From Candidatus Multivorans sp. (GTDB lineage Bacteria > Acidobacteriota > Thermoanaerobaculia > Multivoradales > Multivoraceae), in NCBI GenBank assembly GCA_965224025.1, contig OZ245033.1, forward strand, positions 1,664,001 to 1,728,000: a stretch of 64,000 nt of DNA, read 5' to 3'. The position numbers and the translations under genes are program-made. The first letter of the stretch is position 1. Each line of letters starts with the position of its first letter. Shown piece after piece: positions 8,383-17,235 of the stretch. Under the pieces are notes generated by a model. The model was not told the origin of the DNA. It worked only from the letters and a program-made list of their open reading frames with translations, and ran no database searches.

Positions 8383-11300
8383 ATGACCGACGACACGACG
8401 ACTTCCAGGCCCCTCGACTTCATCCGCGAGCGGGTGCGCGCCGATGTCGCGGCCGGCAAGCACGGCGGCAGCGTCGTCACCCGATTCCCTCCGGAGCCGA
8501 ACGGCTACCTCCACATCGGCCACGCGAAGGCGATCTGCCTCGACTTCGGCGTCGCCGAGGAGCACGGCGGCCACTGCAACCTGCGCTTCGACGACACGAA
8601 CCCGACCGCGGAGGACACCGAGTACGTCGAGGCGATCGAGCGCGACGTGCACTGGCTCGGTTTCGACTGGGGCGGCGAGACGCTCTACGCGTCGGACTAC
8701 TTCGACCAGCTCTACGAATGGGCGGTCGAGCTGATCCGCAAGGGCAAGGCCTACGTCTGCAGCCTGAGTCCGGAGGAGGCGCGCGCCTACCGCGGGCGCT
8801 GGAACGAGCCGGGCCGCGAGAGCCCCGACCGCAACCGCTCCGTGGAAGAGAATCTCGACCTGTTCGAACGGATGAAGAACGGCGAGTTCGCGAACGGAGC
8901 GCACACGTTGCGCGCCAAGATCGACATGTCGTCGTCGAACATGAACCTGCGCGACCCGGTGCTCTACCGGATCCTCCACGCCGAGCACCACCGCACGGGC
9001 TCCAGGTGGTGCATCTACCCCATGTACGACTGGGCCCACGGCCAGTCCGACGCGATCGAGGGCGTGACCCACTCGCTTTGCACCCTCGAGTTCGAGGACC
9101 ACCGGCCTCTCTACGACTGGTTCCTCGACCACATCGACGGCATCCACCTGCCGCAGCAGATCGAGTTCGCCCGCCTCAACCTGACTTACGCCCTGACCTC
9201 GAAGCGCAAGCTCAGGCGGCTGATCGACGAAGGTCTCGTCGACGGCTGGGACGATCCGCGCATGCCCACGCTGACGGCGCTACGCCGCCGAGGCTGCCCG
9301 CCCGAAGCGATCCGCGACCTCTGCGCGCGCGTCGGCCTGACCAAGAATGACTCGGTCGTCGACCTGAGCCAGCTCGAGTTCGCGATCCGCAACGAACTGA
9401 ACCGGACCGCGCCGCGGGTCATGGGCGTGCTTCGCCCGCTCAAGGTGGTGATCGAGAACTACCCCGATGACCACGAAGAGGAACTCGAGGCGATCAACAA
9501 CCCGGAGGATGCTTCCGCCGGGACACGCAAGGTGCCGTTCTCCAAGGTCCTCTACATCGAACGGGACGACTTCCGCCGCGACCCGCCGCGGAAGTTCTTC
9601 CGCCTCGCGCCGGGGCGAGAGGTGCGGCTCCGCTACGCCTATTTCATCACCTGCACCGAGGCGATCGAGGACGAAGAGGGGAACGTCGTCGAACTCCGCT
9701 GCACCTACGATCCGGCGACGCGCGGCGGCGACGCGCCGGACGGCCGCAAGGTCAAGGCCACCCTGCACTGGGTGTCTGCGGCGCACGCGATCCCGGCCGA
9801 GGTCCGGCTCTACGACCGGCTGTTCAACCACCCGAATCCGGCCGGCGCACCCGGCGAGATCGACGATCACCTGAACCTCGGTTCGCTTGAAGTGCTGAAC
9901 GACTGCCGGCTGGAGCCGAGCCTAGCCGGCGCCGAGCCGGGTGACCGGGTCCAGTTCGAGCGGCTCGGCTACTTCTGTGTCGACCCAGACAGTACGCCCG
10001 GCGCGCCGGTGTTCAACCGGACTGTGACCCTTCGGGATACCTGGGCGAAGATCGAGCGGGCACAGAAGGCGGCCGGGAAGCGCTGGGCTTCGGTGCGACC
10101 CGACACCGCCGCCAACACCCGCTCGGCGCTACAGCATGCGGGAGCGGCACTGGATCGTCTCCGACAAACGGTGAACCAGTACGACGCCGAGCGAATCGAA
10201 CGGCTGCTCGCCGCACGTCTCGGCCTCGGCGAACTGAAACAGCGACTGAAGCGGCAACGTGACAAAGAAACCGCAGCGCTTCACGACCTCGCCCAAAGCA
10301 GGTCCGAACTGGACGAGCTTCAACGGGTCGGCGCCACCGAGCCACGTCGGGAACTCGACTTCTTCCAGATACTCAACGTTCACCACGCAGAGGAGGCCCA
10401 TTCCAATTTTCTCGGCTGGCTCCTCGATCCCGAGGGAACCCACGAAACAGGCAGCTCCTTCCTCAGGGAGTTCCTGACCAAGACCGCGAAAACAGCGGAA
10501 GAGCGGCGCATGTCAGGAATCGCCCTCTCGAGAGTGCAGGCAGCGGACTGGTCGGATACCGAAGTCAGGCGGGAATGGAAGTACATTGACATCCTGCTCT
10601 TGAACGACCGGGAGAAGGTCGTTTGTGCCATCGAGAACAAGGTCCGGGCGCCCGAAGGCATAGGCCAAGAAGGCGTGAGTCAACTCACCCGCTACCGACG
10701 ACTGCTGGAAGCGGAGTTCCCGAACCATGAGCGGCACTTCGTGTTCCTGACGCCGTCTGGCAAGGAATCAGGTATCAAAGACGAGCGGCGCTTCTGGATA
10801 CCCGAGGGCTACGCCGCCATTCATCAAACGCTAAAGGACCTGCTGGAACAGAGCGATGCGTTGGAGGGGTCCGACGCCCTCTACGCCCTGGCTCAGTACG
10901 AAACAACCCTGCGGAGGAACATCGTGACATCGGAAAGCGAAGTCGCCAAGCTGGCGAGGCGTATCTACCTGGAGCACCGAACGGCCCTGGAACTTGCCTT
11001 TCGACACAAGCCGGACTACAAGGCCGAACTCGGCCAGATGCTCAAGGAGGCCATCGCTGAGACCGATGGCTGGCTACTAGACTGGTCTACGCCCGCGTAC
11101 GTCCGGTTTCGGCCTACGAGTTGGGACCGCTTCGACTCTCAGCGTTCCGGCACGGGCTGGCCACCCTCCAAGACCTTGATCCTGTTCGAGGTCAACTGCG
11201 GAGAAGATCCGCTCAATTCGAAGCTACAGCTATGCTTAGGGTCGGGCGAGACCGCACCGATCCGTGAACAGGTCTACGCCCGCGCCCGACAGGACCCTTC

Positions 11301-11508
11301 TGTGTTCAAAGCCGGCGGTCGTCTGCAGGACTACACACACCTGCTCAAGCCTGTGGACCTTCTGGAGGAGGAAGACTTCGGCCCCGCTTGGGACAGCGGC
11401 GCAACCGCAGCCAGACTTCGCGATCGGTTGAGCCGTTTCTTCGAGGAACAGTTCCCGGCGATCGACGAACTCATCAACAGGTGCTTCGAGAACGCCGACT
11501 CCCGCTGA
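8383..11508 (+). CDS. glnS: Glutaminyl-tRNA synthetase with in-frame C-terminal helical linker and PD-(D/E)XK nuclease-like domain
   Basis: [67 protein letters not shown]; then FFQIL...[14 protein letters not shown]...IDILL...CAIENKV typical of PDDEXK_4-type nucleases. Confidence 0.9.
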   Translation: MTDDTTTSRPLDFIRERVRADVAAGKHGGSVVTRFPPEPNGYLHIGHAKAICLDFGVAEEHGGHCNLRFDDTNPTAEDTEYVEAIERDVHWLGFDWGGETLYASDYFDQLYEWAVELIRKGKAYVCSLSPEEARAYRGRWNEPGRESPDRNRSVEENLDLFERMKNGEFANGAHTLRAKIDMSSSNMNLRDPVLYRILHAEHHRTGSRWCIYPMYDWAHGQSDAIEGVTHSLCTLEFEDHRPLYDWFLDHIDGIHLPQQIEFARLNLTYALTSKRKLRRLIDEGLVDGWDDPRMPTLTALRRRGCPPEAIRDLCARVGLTKNDSVVDLSQLEFAIRNELNRTAPRVMGVLRPLKVVIENYPDDHEEELEAINNPEDASAGTRKVPFSKVLYIERDDFRRDPPRKFFRLAPGREVRLRYAYFITCTEAIEDEEGNVVELRCTYDPATRGGDAPDGRKVKATLHWVSAAHAIPAEVRLYDRLFNHPNPAGAPGEIDDHLNLGSLEVLNDCRLEPSLAGAEPGDRVQFERLGYFCVDPDSTPGAPVFNRTVTLRDTWAKIERAQKAAGKRWASVRPDTAANTRSALQHAGAALDRLRQTVNQYDAERIERLLAARLGLGELKQRLKRQRDKETAALHDLAQSRSELDELQRVGATEPRRELDFFQILNVHHAEEAHSNFLGWLLDPEGTHETGSSFLREFLTKTAKTAEERRMSGIALSRVQAADWSDTEVRREWKYIDILLLNDREKVVCAIENKVRAPEGIGQEGVSQLTRYRRLLEAEFPNHERHFVFLTPSGKESGIKDERRFWIPEGYAAIHQTLKDLLEQSDALEGSDALYALAQYETTLRRNIVTSESEVAKLARRIYLEHRTALELAFRHKPDYKAELGQMLKEAIAETDGWLLDWSTPAYVRFRPTSWDRFDSQRSGTGWPPSKTLILFEVNCGEDPLNSKLQLCLGSGETAPIREQVYARARQDPSVFKAGGRLQDYTHLLKPVDLLEEEDFGPAWDSGATAARLRDRLSRFFEEQFPAIDELINRCFENADSR

Positions 11509-11570
11509 GAGCCGGATAGAGCCACGGCCGGAACGGCACGTCGCACGCTCCTCCGGCAGCGTTCGGGGAA

Positions 11571-11760
11571 CGCGTGGAGCCACCCCTGAATGCGTAATGG
11601 ATCCTGGAGTGGCGCCATGCCCAGTCCCGGGAGGTTCGTGAAAATCAGGTCTCCTCTCAAGGAACTCACCGCCGTTGAGCTGCGAACGACGAAAGCGGCG
11701 CTCGCCGTAGTACTCGGCTTGGGGCAGGACGCCGTTTCGGGTGCCTCACCGATCAGGGCC
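11571..11760 (+). pseudogene. Truncated copy of the Xre/MbcA-type antitoxin 5' region
   Basis: ELRTTKAALAVVLGLGQDAVSGASPIRAR aligns with ELRTTKAEIAGTLGLGRDALSRASRIRAR of 20460-20822; upstream DNA also aligns. Confidence 0.7.
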
Positions 11761-11849
11761 AGGGCTCGGGAGTTGGAGATGCACGAAGGGCACCCATGGC
11801 ACCCCTTCGTGCGCCGGCGACTCCCGGTCCGGCCTACAATCAAGGAGAC

Positions 11850-12392
11850 ATGGCTGACCGCCGATCATCCGATCAGAGCCGCGCGACCGCGCGACTGCTG
11901 AGCCAGTACGACAACCTCCTGGACACCGTCCTCAAGGCCTGCAAGGCACACTACGGGAGCCGACTGGCCGCCCTCGCCGTCTACGGATCCGTCGGCCGCG
12001 CCACGCCCAGGGCCGACTCCGACATAGACCTCCTCCTAGTCGCGGACGATCTGCCGGATGGTCGGATCGCTCGGGTCGAGGAGTTCCGCGCCATAGAGGA
12101 CCGGCTGCGGCCGTTGTTCGACACGGCCGCCGACCTCGGAATCCACACCCGTCTGGCGCCGATCTTCAAGACGCCCCGGGAACTCCGCCGCGGAACCCCG
12201 CTCCTGCTCGACATGACCGAGGACGCGCGCATCCTCCATGACCCCGATGGCTGCCTGGCCGACACCCTCGATCGCCTGCGCGACCGCCTCCGTGAACTGG
12301 GCTCGAAGCGGGTCTGGAAGGGCGACGAGTGGTACTGGGACCTGAAGCCCGACTACAAGCCCGGCGATGTCTTTGAACTGTTCCCAAGATGA
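11850..12392 (+). CDS. Minimal nucleotidyltransferase (MNT) antitoxin
   Basis: VYGSVGRATPRADSDIDLLLV (GS-x10-DxD); AAGGAG RBS; overlaps the HEPN gene via ATGA. Confidence 0.9.
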   Translation: MADRRSSDQSRATARLLSQYDNLLDTVLKACKAHYGSRLAALAVYGSVGRATPRADSDIDLLLVADDLPDGRIARVEEFRAIEDRLRPLFDTAADLGIHTRLAPIFKTPRELRRGTPLLLDMTEDARILHDPDGCLADTLDRLRDRLRELGSKRVWKGDEWYWDLKPDYKPGDVFELFPR

Positions 12393-12805
12393 CGACGAAC
12401 GGCGCTCTGGCGAGAAGCTACCTGGCCAAGGCGCAAGTGCGGCTCCGCGCCCTGGCTGTGTTCGTGGCCGAAGAGGCGCATTCCGACGTCATCCGGGAGG
12501 CGCAGGAACTCGTCGAGCTCGCGCTCAAGGGAATGCTCCGGCAGGCAGGCGTGGAGCCGCCCCACTGGCACGACGTAGGCAGCCTGTTCCGGGAACTGGC
12601 CGACCGCTTCGCCGGCCTCGACTCGGCCGACCTCGACCGAATCGCCGCCATCTCCTCCTGGCTGCACGCCGAACGGGAGCCGTCCTTCTACGGGGAACCG
12701 GGCCTGACCCCCACCGAGCGCTACACGGAAGCCGACGCGAAGCGGGCGTTCGACGACGCGTCGTGGGTTGTCTCAGTCGCTGCTCTCGTGATTCCTGCGG
12801 AGTAG
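12389..12805 (+). CDS. HEPN-domain protein (toxin partner of MNT)
   Basis: AQELVELALKGML, PPHWHDVG and an R-x4-Y motif (REPSFY); coupled to the MNT gene. Confidence 0.88.
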   Translation: MTTNGALARSYLAKAQVRLRALAVFVAEEAHSDVIREAQELVELALKGMLRQAGVEPPHWHDVGSLFRELADRFAGLDSADLDRIAAISSWLHAEREPSFYGEPGLTPTERYTEADAKRAFDDASWVVSVAALVIPAE

Positions 12806-12811
12806 GATCCG

Positions 12812-15800
12812 TCAGATACTTGGTCCACTCCGTCGCACCCGGGTGACGAGGTCCACCACATGGGTGGCTGGCCTCGATCCGTAATCCTCCGGGTGACAGG
12901 TCAGAACGACGATCTGGATCCTCGCCGCCGCTTCCTCCAGGAGTTCGCGAAGCCACGCCATCCGGCTCTCGTCGGTCTGCGTCAACTGATCGTCCAGAAC
13001 GACGAAGGCGCCCAACGCTTCGGCGATGGAGATCCGAAGGAGTATGGCGATCTGCTCTCTGGCGCCGACCGAGAGCTCGCTGAACGTCCGCTCTGCGCCG
13101 GCGAAGCGGATGCCCCCGGCGTCCAGTTCCGGGCCGATCGCCAAGTCGCCGTACCGGCCGCCGGTCAGCTCCGAGATGCGTGAACTCACTGGCCCTACCA
13201 ATGCCTTGCCGAGATGCGCGGTCTCCTGCTTCTCCACTTCCCGCAGCGTCTCGACCAGGAGCTTCCATGCCTCGTACTCGACCTCGAGGCCTCCCTCCCG
13301 CTCCCGGATCGCCTCGACCCGCTCTTGTGCTTGAAGCGCCTGCTCCTCGGCGTAGGCGCCGCCGACCTGTTCCAGGGCGCCCCGGCGCTTCAGTAACTCC
13401 TCCGTGATCCGCAAGACCTTCGCCTCGGCCTCTCCGGCGGCACGCTCCAGTTCTCCGGTGTCGGTCGGCGCCGCTCCCGCGAGGTCCTCCTCCAGTCCCT
13501 CGAGGATCTCCCGGCACCGCTTCCTCTCCCCGCGAGCGGCCTCCACGTCCTCCCGCTCCAGCGCATCCTCGTGGACCCTGATTTCGCTCTCCAGCCCTGC
13601 CAGCTCCTCGCGCTGCGAGGCAAGGCCCCGGCCTACGTCGTCCCGTTGGCTCCGGACGCAGGCGGCCTCCTGCTCGATCTTCTCCAGGTTCTCCCTGGCC
13701 TCGTCGACCTGATCGGCCGCCTCGGAGCGCACGGCCTCGAGCCGGCTTTCCGCCGCCTCGTTCTGACGCGCAAGCTCCGCACGCCGCGCCGCCGCGCCCG
13801 CAAGCAGGCCCCGCCAGTCCGAATCGGCCCGGAGCAGCTCGTTCCGCTTGGCCTCCTGCTCCTGCCGGTCGCGGACCAGGTCGTTTGCGTCGTGCTCCAC
13901 CTTCGACTCAAGGCCACGACTCCGTTCCCGAAGCTCGGAAACGCGGCGCTCCACGCTCTCAGTGTCATCGCCAATCTCCGACTCTTCTCGCGGCTGCGCA
14001 TCCAGATTGCGGATGTGCTCCTCCACCGAAGCGCCCTCGCCAAGCGCCTCGGCGAGGGCGGACCGGCTGCGGTCCAGGTCACCGCGCGCCAGAGCCTCGC
14101 CACGCTCCAGCATCTCCAGACGCTCCGCTCGTATCCGTGCCTCATCGGCGCTCCGATCCCCTTGGTCGGCGTCGTCGCGCAGGGACTCGGCCTGGCGATG
14201 GAGCTTCTCGAGCTCCCGACCCGTAGCGACGCCTGCCCGCTCCAGGAGCGGCCGCCGGACAGTCTCGAGCTCCCGCTCGGCGGCGTCGGCGGCCGTTGCG
14301 AGTTCCTTGCCGCCGCCGCGCACATGCACCGCGCCAACGCCCGGGATGTCGACTCGCAGTTCGCGCTTAGCCTCGAAGTCCGTGTGCCGCCCCTCTCCGA
14401 CCCGCACGGCCTCCGTTTCGCTGTCCGCGCGCACCTCGGCCTTCGCTCCGGCCTGAAGCTCCAGATCGACGACCAGGCCCACGGCGAGCTTCTCCCGAGC
14501 AATCTGTCGATCGGTCTCCAGCTTCTTCAGACGCTCGATCTCCTCGCTGCTCGGCGCTCGCAGATCTGCAGCCGCCTTTCGCAGTGACACCGCCTCTTCC
14601 TCGGCGGCCGCCGCCGCGCTCGCATGCTTCCGGGCCTCCTCGTGCTCGCTAGCGCGCCGTTTCACGTCTTCGCAAGCTGTCAGGTAGCGGGCGCCCAGGC
14701 GCTCGACCTGAAGATCCCGCAATCGGCTTCGATCGGACCCGACCTCCTGCTCAGCCTCCTCAACAAGGGCTCGCGCCTCGGCCAGATTCCGCTCCTTCTC
14801 CTCGATCCGGCCGCCCAGCTCCCCGACCTGGCGGTCGAGTTCGGCGAACCGCTCGGCGTCCTCGATCTGGCGGTCGAACTCCTCCTGTTCCCTGCCGACC
14901 TTGAGCCGAGCATTCTCAGCCTCCTGCTCCCGCAGGCGCCGCTCCTGCTCGCCGCCGCCGGCCTCGACCTCGCGCACTCGTTCGCGCGCCTCCGCGAACT
15001 GCCGGGCGAGACCTTCACCGGCGCGCTCCAGCTCGGCACGCTCGCTCGACAGTTCAGCGACCCGCTTGCGCGCCACCTCGGCGGCTGCGAGCTTCTCGTC
15101 GCGCGTTCGAATCAGCGTCTCGATCCGCGTCGCCTCCTTGTCAGCAGAACGAAACGCTTCCTCGGCCTTCTCCAGTTCGCCGCGTCGGGCGTCGGCTGCC
15201 CGCGCTTCCTCGAGCTTCCGCCGGACCGCATCCCGGACGGCCTCCGCCTCGGTCTGCTCCTGCTGCAGTTCGTTCACTCGCCTGCGAACGCCCTCGCTCT
15301 CCTCCTGCTGCGATCGGACTTCCTGCCGCCGTTCCTCAGCGGCACGGCGTTCCTCTTTCAATCGCGTCCACGGCGAGTCCCGGCCGCTTCGCCGCCGGCC
15401 TGTGGCGGTGTACGCCAGGTCGACCTTCACCTGAACCGCGTCGAGCAGCTTCTTCAGTCGAGGATCCTCGGCCAGACCCTCGAGCGCGCGCATGAGCTGC
15501 TCACGACCGGACTCCGTCGGATCCTCAGCCAGGCTGCCCTCGAGGATGGCGCCCACTTCGTCCTGCCGGCCCAGCAGCGCGGTGGTGATCAGGGTGCTGG
15601 GCATCCCGCGCGGCCCGCCCTTGCCGCCCGGAGGCGTGGCGCCCCAGCCGAGCATCTCGTTCAGTTTGCCGTCGACTTCGCGGCCCCGGCTGTCCGTGCT
15701 GAAGTCGCGGCCGTCCCGGGAGAACGCCAGGTAACTCTTGCCGCCGCCGACCTTGAAGGTCTTCCGCACCTGCCACACCTTCTGAGCTTCCTGCTCAAAG

Positions 15801-16018
15801 GTCAGGGCGACCGACGGCGGCCCTTCGCTGTGCCAGTCATCGAGGACTCTGGCGGCGCTCGAGCCGGACTGAAGCAGAAGCACCGCCCGCACCGCTTCCG
15901 CGAGACTCGACTTGCCGAGTTCGTTCGGCCCGTGGAGCACGTTCAGGCCGGGTTCGAGATCGACCGAAGCCTCGGCGATGCCCGCGCAGTCGACGACCTC
16001 CAGACGGCGGATCCACAC
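12812..16018 (-). CDS. SMC/Rad50(SbcC)/YhaN-like ABC-ATPase with long coiled coil
   Basis: Walker A HGPNELGKSS, signature LSVGAREQ, Walker B VVLDDQL, H-loop VLTCH; GTG start 4 nt after the upstream stop. Confidence 0.88.
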   Translation of the reverse strand: MWIRRLEVVDCAGIAEASVDLEPGLNVLHGPNELGKSSLAEAVRAVLLLQSGSSAARVLDDWHSEGPPSVALTFEQEAQKVWQVRKTFKVGGGKSYLAFSRDGRDFSTDSRGREVDGKLNEMLGWGATPPGGKGGPRGMPSTLITTALLGRQDEVGAILEGSLAEDPTESGREQLMRALEGLAEDPRLKKLLDAVQVKVDLAYTATGRRRSGRDSPWTRLKEERRAAEERRQEVRSQQEESEGVRRRVNELQQEQTEAEAVRDAVRRKLEEARAADARRGELEKAEEAFRSADKEATRIETLIRTRDEKLAAAEVARKRVAELSSERAELERAGEGLARQFAEARERVREVEAGGGEQERRLREQEAENARLKVGREQEEFDRQIEDAERFAELDRQVGELGGRIEEKERNLAEARALVEEAEQEVGSDRSRLRDLQVERLGARYLTACEDVKRRASEHEEARKHASAAAAAEEEAVSLRKAAADLRAPSSEEIERLKKLETDRQIAREKLAVGLVVDLELQAGAKAEVRADSETEAVRVGEGRHTDFEAKRELRVDIPGVGAVHVRGGGKELATAADAAERELETVRRPLLERAGVATGRELEKLHRQAESLRDDADQGDRSADEARIRAERLEMLERGEALARGDLDRSRSALAEALGEGASVEEHIRNLDAQPREESEIGDDTESVERRVSELRERSRGLESKVEHDANDLVRDRQEQEAKRNELLRADSDWRGLLAGAAARRAELARQNEAAESRLEAVRSEAADQVDEARENLEKIEQEAACVRSQRDDVGRGLASQREELAGLESEIRVHEDALEREDVEAARGERKRCREILEGLEEDLAGAAPTDTGELERAAGEAEAKVLRITEELLKRRGALEQVGGAYAEEQALQAQERVEAIREREGGLEVEYEAWKLLVETLREVEKQETAHLGKALVGPVSSRISELTGGRYGDLAIGPELDAGGIRFAGAERTFSELSVGAREQIAILLRISIAEALGAFVVLDDQLTQTDESRMAWLRELLEEAAARIQIVVLTCHPEDYGSRPATHVVDLVTRVRRSGPSI

Positions 16019-16022
16019 GGCG

Positions 16023-17153
16023 TCAGGCCTGTTCCCGCACGAGCCGGTAGAGATGATGAAGCGCCCGCTCGACGACCTCAGGACGCGCCTGGGCGTGTTC
16101 CCGCAGGCGTTCGACGGCCGTCTCGAGCACCGGCATCTCGCTTCCGAAGTCGATCGTTGCGGCCGACGCGAGGCGGAACCCCCTTCGCTCGACATCGAGC
16201 ACGCCGACCTTCGGCGTCGAGGCCATCGAACCGCCCAACTCGGTGAGGATGCGTTCCGCCTCGTCGTACTCCGCCATCGGAAGCTCCATCTCCAACACGA
16301 GCCTGAGCACGGTCTTGCGCAGGTTCGTCTCCTGCTTCAGGCGGCGGAGTTCGTCCATCGATCGACACGTCTCCTCTCGCCAGTTCCAGCTTCCGACGGG
16401 TTCGCACAGCACCCAAGCGCGCCGGCGGCGGTCGAGCGGGAAGAACACGATCGCCACATGACCGGCATTCCGCTCGCCGAAGGTCGTGGCCTCCGGCGTG
16501 CCGGGGTACACGGTCGGCGCAGCCGCATCGGGTTCGACCTCCCGGAACCCGTGGGTATCGCCGAGAGCCAGGTAGTCGAAGCCCCGTTCGACCGCACTCC
16601 CGCGGGCGATCGGGAAGTTCGTCTGGTGACCCTTGATGTCGAAGGTCTGACCGTGGACCATGCCGACGCGAATCCGCTCGTCCCCGGGAGCGCGGCGGGG
16701 CAGCGAAGCGACGAGATCCGTCTGACCGGCCCGCGATTCGCAGGGGCTCGCGTAGAGAACGGCGCCGTCGCCGAGCGGCAGCTCCCATCCACTCCGGTCC
16801 ACGACGTGAACGTAGTCCGGCAGCCCCTGTCGAAACGAGTGGGCCGCGGCGTACACGGAACCCCGCCCGATCGGATCGTGGTTGCCGGGCAGAAGGATCA
16901 CCGGCCGCCGCCATTCCCGCCGGCGCTGGAACTCGTGAAGGAGTCCTTTCCACCACAGTTCTTTCGGCGCCGGCTCTTCGAACAAGTCGCCTGCGCACAA
17001 CACGGCGTCGACGTCGGAACCCGCCGCCAGATCGAGAGTCCGGCGGACGGCCTCGAGCCGAGCCCGGGTCAAGCGCTCCTCCTGGCCCTTCTCGAACTGC
17101 GGGAATCGGCGGCCCAGATGCCAGTCGGCGGTGTGCAGCAGTTTGAGCGCCAC
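16023..17153 (-). CDS. Mre11/SbcD/YhaO-like metallophosphoesterase nuclease
   Basis: HTADWHLG, AGDLFE, LPGNHD, VHG, YLALGDTHG; GGAGGAG RBS before GTG 17153. Confidence 0.92.
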   Translation of the reverse strand: MALKLLHTADWHLGRRFPQFEKGQEERLTRARLEAVRRTLDLAAGSDVDAVLCAGDLFEEPAPKELWWKGLLHEFQRRREWRRPVILLPGNHDPIGRGSVYAAAHSFRQGLPDYVHVVDRSGWELPLGDGAVLYASPCESRAGQTDLVASLPRRAPGDERIRVGMVHGQTFDIKGHQTNFPIARGSAVERGFDYLALGDTHGFREVEPDAAAPTVYPGTPEATTFGERNAGHVAIVFFPLDRRRRAWVLCEPVGSWNWREETCRSMDELRRLKQETNLRKTVLRLVLEMELPMAEYDEAERILTELGGSMASTPKVGVLDVERRGFRLASAATIDFGSEMPVLETAVERLREHAQARPEVVERALHHLYRLVREQA

Positions 17154-17235
17154 GTCGTTCTCCTCCAGAGGGTGGACCGTTTCCCGGCCGCGCGTCATTC
17201 GGCAGTCTCCCGCGCGGGACTCGGCTCGCAGGGAA

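Noticed and set aside
11508-11540. Weak resemblance to the glnS 3' end (possible target duplication)
   Set aside because: Similarity is too low in GC-rich DNA to support by eye.
11850-12805. MNT-HEPN pair as a new system
   Set aside because: Known widespread toxin-antitoxin family; noted only as part of the island.
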